Assembly (NCBI GenBank): GCA_046758745.1
Contig: JBHIAV010000056.1
Coordinates: 1 to 15,907 of the forward strand
DNA: 15,907 bases
Origin: Gemmatimonadota bacterium
GTDB taxonomy: Bacteria; Gemmatimonadota; Gemmatimonadetes; Palauibacterales; Palauibacteraceae
Reading direction: 5' to 3'
Numbering within the stretch: the stretch's first letter is position 1; every line of letters begins with the position of its first letter. The notes beneath the pieces are model-generated. The model was not told the DNA's origin. It made no database searches and saw only the letters and a program-made list of their open reading frames with translations. Made by a program: the position numbers and the translations under genes. Positions 15,344-15,907 of the stretch are shown here, piece after piece.

Positions 15344-15907
15344 ATGTTTCTCTCAATCGCGGAGTGGTTCGAGACGGCGGAGCGCCAGGGAGTGAACCTG
15401 GCGGAGGCCGTCCTGCGCTGGGAGGCGAACGAAACGGGGGTGGACGGGTCCTCCATACGCCACCGCATCGAAGATACCCTCGCCGTGATGCGCCGCGCGG
15501 TCGACGAGGGGCTTGCCTCGGCGGAGGAGAGCCCGACCCGGATGACCGGCGGCCGAGCGCGCCGGCTGGCGGCGACCGGCCCCCGGTTGTTGGGGGACGA
15601 CTTCACCGCCATGCTTGCGCGCGCCATCGCCACCCTGGAGGTGAACGCCCGTATGGGTCTCATTGTCGCCGCGCCGACGGCGGGCGCGGCGGGTGTGGTG
15701 CCCGGCGTTCTCCTCACATTGCGCGAGTCGCGTGCGTGGTCGGCGGAGGACATGGTAAACGGCATGCTCGTCGCCGGTGGGACCGGGGCGGTGATCGCCG
15801 ACCGTGCCTCCATCGCGGGGGCGGGGGGCGGGTGTCAGGCGGAGACCGGGAGTGGGGGGGCGCCGGGGGCCCCGGCGGGGGCCCCACATGGGGGGGGGGG
15901 GGCGCCG
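15344..15907 (+). CDS. sdaAA: Fe-S-dependent L-serine dehydratase, alpha subunit (3' truncated; absent from the ORF track because it has no stop)
   Basis: GGAGG precedes ATG 15344. Manual translation gives MFLSIAEWFETAERQG...AIATLEVNARMGLIVAAPTAGAAGVVPGV...RASIAGAGGGCQAETGS, containing the family motifs EVNA, APTAG and GGCQAE. Confidence 0.92.
   Translation, partial: MFLSIAEWFETAERQGVNLAEAVLRWEANETGVDGSSIRHRIEDTLAVMRRAVDEGLASAEESPTRMTGGRARRLAATGPRLLGDDFTAMLARAIATLEVNARMGLIVAAPTAGAAGVVPGVLLTLRESRAWSAEDMVNGMLVAGGTGAVIADRASIAGAGGGCQAETGSGGAPGAPAGAPHGGGGAP

Noticed and set aside
7221-15813. Long antisense and alternative-frame ORFs overlapping lipA, pdh, lpdA and sda (e.g. 7221-8792, 10111-11502, 12641-14074, 14587-15813)
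   Set aside because: These are expected from stop-codon scarcity at high GC. The opposite-strand genes carry all the conserved motifs.
15815-15907. Poly-G-rich tail that breaks the expected SdaA continuation after GCQAETGS
   Set aside because: The G-substituted sequence at the extreme end looks like low-quality read ends at a contig edge, not a real pseudogene or G-quadruplex element.

Overview
This is a very GC-rich bacterial window, probably a whole contig with genes cut at both ends. Gene content and order suggest Gemmatimonadota, which is an inference only. The left part has a partial TldD/PmbA metalloprotease, a membrane-anchored TPR protein and a secreted GWxTD-like protein on the + strand. 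These converge on a minus-strand pair: a secreted protein with the copper-ligand pattern of PHM/DBH-type dicopper monooxygenases, followed by an EamA/DMT transporter. A 617-bp non-coding gap follows, holding a sigma70-like promoter flanked by a direct repeat, DnaA-box-like and parS-like sites, short tandem repeats and an intrinsic terminator. Next, a 7Fe-type ferredoxin is transcribed divergently from a co-directional run lipA-pdhA-pdhB-pdhC-lpdA-lipB-sdaAB-sdaAA (partial), covering lipoate synthesis, pyruvate dehydrogenase and a two-subunit L-serine dehydratase. The best candidate for an undescribed system is the PHM-like copper protein, with a possible His-to-Met change at CuH and a His-rich tail, together with its transporter and upstream regulatory region. 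No mobile element, CRISPR array or RNA gene was recognised. All assignments come from reading motifs by eye; no searches were run.
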